Source of the DNA: Convolutriloba macropyga
Lineage: Eukaryota
Direction of reading: 5' to 3'
Length of the DNA: 64,000 bases
Assembly (NCBI RefSeq): GCF_964194025.1
Contig: NC_134481.1
Span: 46,004,001-46,068,000 of the forward strand
Shown here: piece by piece, positions 61,870-64,000 of the stretch
How the letters are laid out: each line of letters opens with the position of its first letter
How positions within the stretch are numbered: the first letter of the stretch is position 1
The notes under the pieces: generated by a model
Told to the model about the DNA's origin: nothing
What the model saw: the letters and a program-made list of their open reading frames with translations, nothing else
Database searches by the model: none
Position numbers and translations under genes: made by a program

Positions 61870-62295
61870 TGATTTAAGTTGTGCTCATCGAGAAATCAGG
61901 TCGTAGTAGTTGCTAAAACAAAAGCGATTGCAAGATCTGAAGGCTCTGATATCCGAGTGGTTAATGCTTCAGTGAAACATGTGGTAGCTTATCGGTGTGA
62001 AACCCTCACTAGTCGGAGTTTTGTTGGCACCAATAAAAATTTTTTGATATATTCTGTTTTGCCCCCCACCCATTGTTTTTTTTACGCCCCCCAGTTACAA
62101 ATTATATGTTGTTATACAACACGTTACTATGTTAAAAAAATAGCACGTGCGCCTGGGGGCGTAAAAATATAAACCCACAAAGCTGCGGGGGGCAAAATAG
62201 AATAAATTTAAATTTTTCTAGGTTACAGCCCCCTCTGAGTTTAAATACCGCACCTGGCGTTCGAGAGCAATCTGTCCGACGTTAGTGGGTTTTTG
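61870..62295 (+). mobile_element. HINE-like family C copy (5' end unclear) with tRNA-like segment and nested MITE
   Basis: AAAGCGATTG, A-box-like TATCCGAGTGG, GAAACCC, and 3' subTIR GTTCGAGAGCAA at 62259-62270. Confidence 0.55.
62045..62209. mobile_element. GGATC-family MITE (degenerate ends)
   Basis: TATTCTGTTTTGCCCCC / GGGGGCAAAATAGAATA; TSD AAATTTTT. Confidence 0.7.
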
Positions 62296-62460
62296 GGATC
62301 TATTCTGTTCCCCCCACCCAGTTTTTTTTTATGACCCCCAGTTACAAATTTTATGTTGTTATATAGCACGTTACTATGTAAGAAAATAGCACGTGCGCCT
62401 GGGGTTCATAAAAGGGGGTTCATTTATACTCACTAAGCTATGACGAAACAGAATAGATCC
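62296..62460. mobile_element. GGATC-family MITE
   Basis: TIR GGATCTATTCTGTT / AACAGAATAGATCC; 8-bp TSD GGTTTTTG. Confidence 0.88.
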
Positions 62461-62498
62461 GGTTTTTGTTTTTTAAAGAGATGTCTGTGTTTGTTTAG

Positions 62499-62709
62499 AG
62501 AGTCTCTGAAGACACTGGTGACCACTGCGAGTAACACGTGGGGTCTGTTCTTCATGGTGTTATTGATGGGCTATGGTTTGGTAGAAGTGCCCAGATACGT
62601 GTGGGATCTGTCTCGCAGGGAGCACAGACTCAGGAGGACTTACTTCCAAGTGGCTAAACTCCACTCTGAAAAGAGTGATGCTACCGAAACACTCGAAGAC
62701 ATTCTAGAC
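62499..62709 (+). CDS. LMBRD2: LMBRD2 coding exon 4 (gene continues beyond the window)
   Basis: LKTL..TASNTWGLF..VLLMGYGLVEVPR..W..YF..AKL..EK.DA.E.LED; donor GAC|GTATGT. Confidence 0.92.
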
Positions 62710-62783
62710 GTATGTCCTATTTCACTTGTTCCGTCTCGTTTCTAATCCGCCAATCGAATTTTTGTTTCCTTTTCAATTCTTTA

Positions 62784-64000
62784 TTAATAGCCGCTCAGCT
62801 ATAGCTGGGGCTATTATTGGCCTTCTCTTGGTTTTTTACAATTCAAAGAATTTGAATTGTATTGGGGCGCTGTCTTTTTTACAATTCAAAGAATTTGAAT
62901 TGTATTGGTGCGCTGTGTTTTTTTTTTTTTAAGATGTGTTCACACGTTTTTCAATGACTTTGATCTTTCGAAACGGGATAAACAGGTAAAGCCCAGCGGG
63001 CATTAAGTTTCATTAGAGGCCCAAAGTGGGCTTTAGTAGTCCTTCAAGTGCGTATCGTGGTGCAGCTGCTGGGATGGCTTTAATTAAAGGTTAAAAGGTC
63101 ATTTTTAGGAGTTTTTCGTCTCAAAATGGTGCAATTTTTCGTGTTTTTTGTGATTTTTTTGAGATTTTTGTTTGATTAGTCTAAGATTGAAGTTTTAAAA
63201 GCTGATGAAGGTCTTTTGCGAGACAAAATTGCTTGTTATGACCATTTTATGGGCTATATGTCGTGGTACTACAAACACAAACACACAAAATGATACTCAT
63301 TTTTGCAATTTTTTTCAGGTTTTTTGAAAATTTTTGTCATTTTTTGAGTTTTTTAGCCCTAGGTGTCACGAAACCTCATCTACGGTTTGATAAAGGTTTG
63401 GATGATAGGTTACTGCACAGTTTCTAGTGGCAATGGAACGGTTTTCAACTTTTTGACATCATGAATTTTAGCATTTTTTGACAAAAGTTGCAAATTTTTC
63501 ATGTTTTTTGACATATTTATTGTCATCCTTCAAGTTGTTTGAGTCCCAGGGGCAAGAAACCCATATTAGGGGTTGGATAATAAGTTACTGAAAAATTTTT
63601 AGTTGCCATGGAATAAATTTCAACTTTTGAATATCACAAATTTTAGCAATTTTTTTTTTAACAAATTTGCATTTTTTTCAGGTTTTTGAAAATGTTCATC
63701 ATTTTGTCAGTTTTTCGAGTTTCAGGGACCAGGCAATCTCCGTTGAGGTTTGTTAATAGGGAACTGCATAGTTTCTAGTAACAATGGAATGCTTTTTAAC
63801 TTTTTAATGTCTCGAATTTTAGCATTTTTTTGATAAGATCTGCAATTTTTTTAATGTTTCCTAAAGTTTTTGTCAGTTTTTGATATTCGTCGATTCTCAA
63901 GTGCAAGAAAACCTATTCCGCGTTTTCATAAAAAAGTTACTGCATGGTTTTTAGTTTCATTGGATTTGTTTTCAACAATTTAACCTTTCGTCTTTTAGAA
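62784..64000 (+). mobile_element. HINE family A copy (5' end) followed by a ~180-bp tandem array
   Basis: Nearly identical to 41367-41460 at the start; about four degenerate ~180-bp units from ~63300 to the window end. Confidence 0.7.

Overview
Eukaryotic, AT-rich animal (probably invertebrate) genomic DNA with two N gaps (28100-28299, 47809-47970). Genes: an intronless bifunctional glutamyl-prolyl-tRNA synthetase (EPRS, 3 WHEP repeats) preceded by an exact partial duplicate of its GST-like N-terminus; a divergent two-exon alpha-tubulin on the minus strand; a tandem cluster of three uncharacterised MYND-zinc-finger proteins with a large, putatively SAM-binding C-terminal domain; an R/S/P-rich orphan ORF; THUMPD3 (two exons); an Rpp21/Rpr2-family gene; and the first four exons of LMBRD2. 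Introns and intergenic DNA are packed with transposon debris: a complete but decayed Ty1/copia element, LINE fragments, a MITE family with 8-bp TSDs, and at least three families of Helentron/DINE-like (HINE) non-autonomous elements, one carrying an internal tRNA-like segment. The MYND cluster is the most striking part. Its three diverged paralogs share a 270-bp coding tract that is 97-99% identical at the DNA level, copy 1 has an in-frame TGA exactly at the last zinc-ligand Cys of the finger, and copy 3 has no visible first exon. All gene models, alignments and folds were made by eye.
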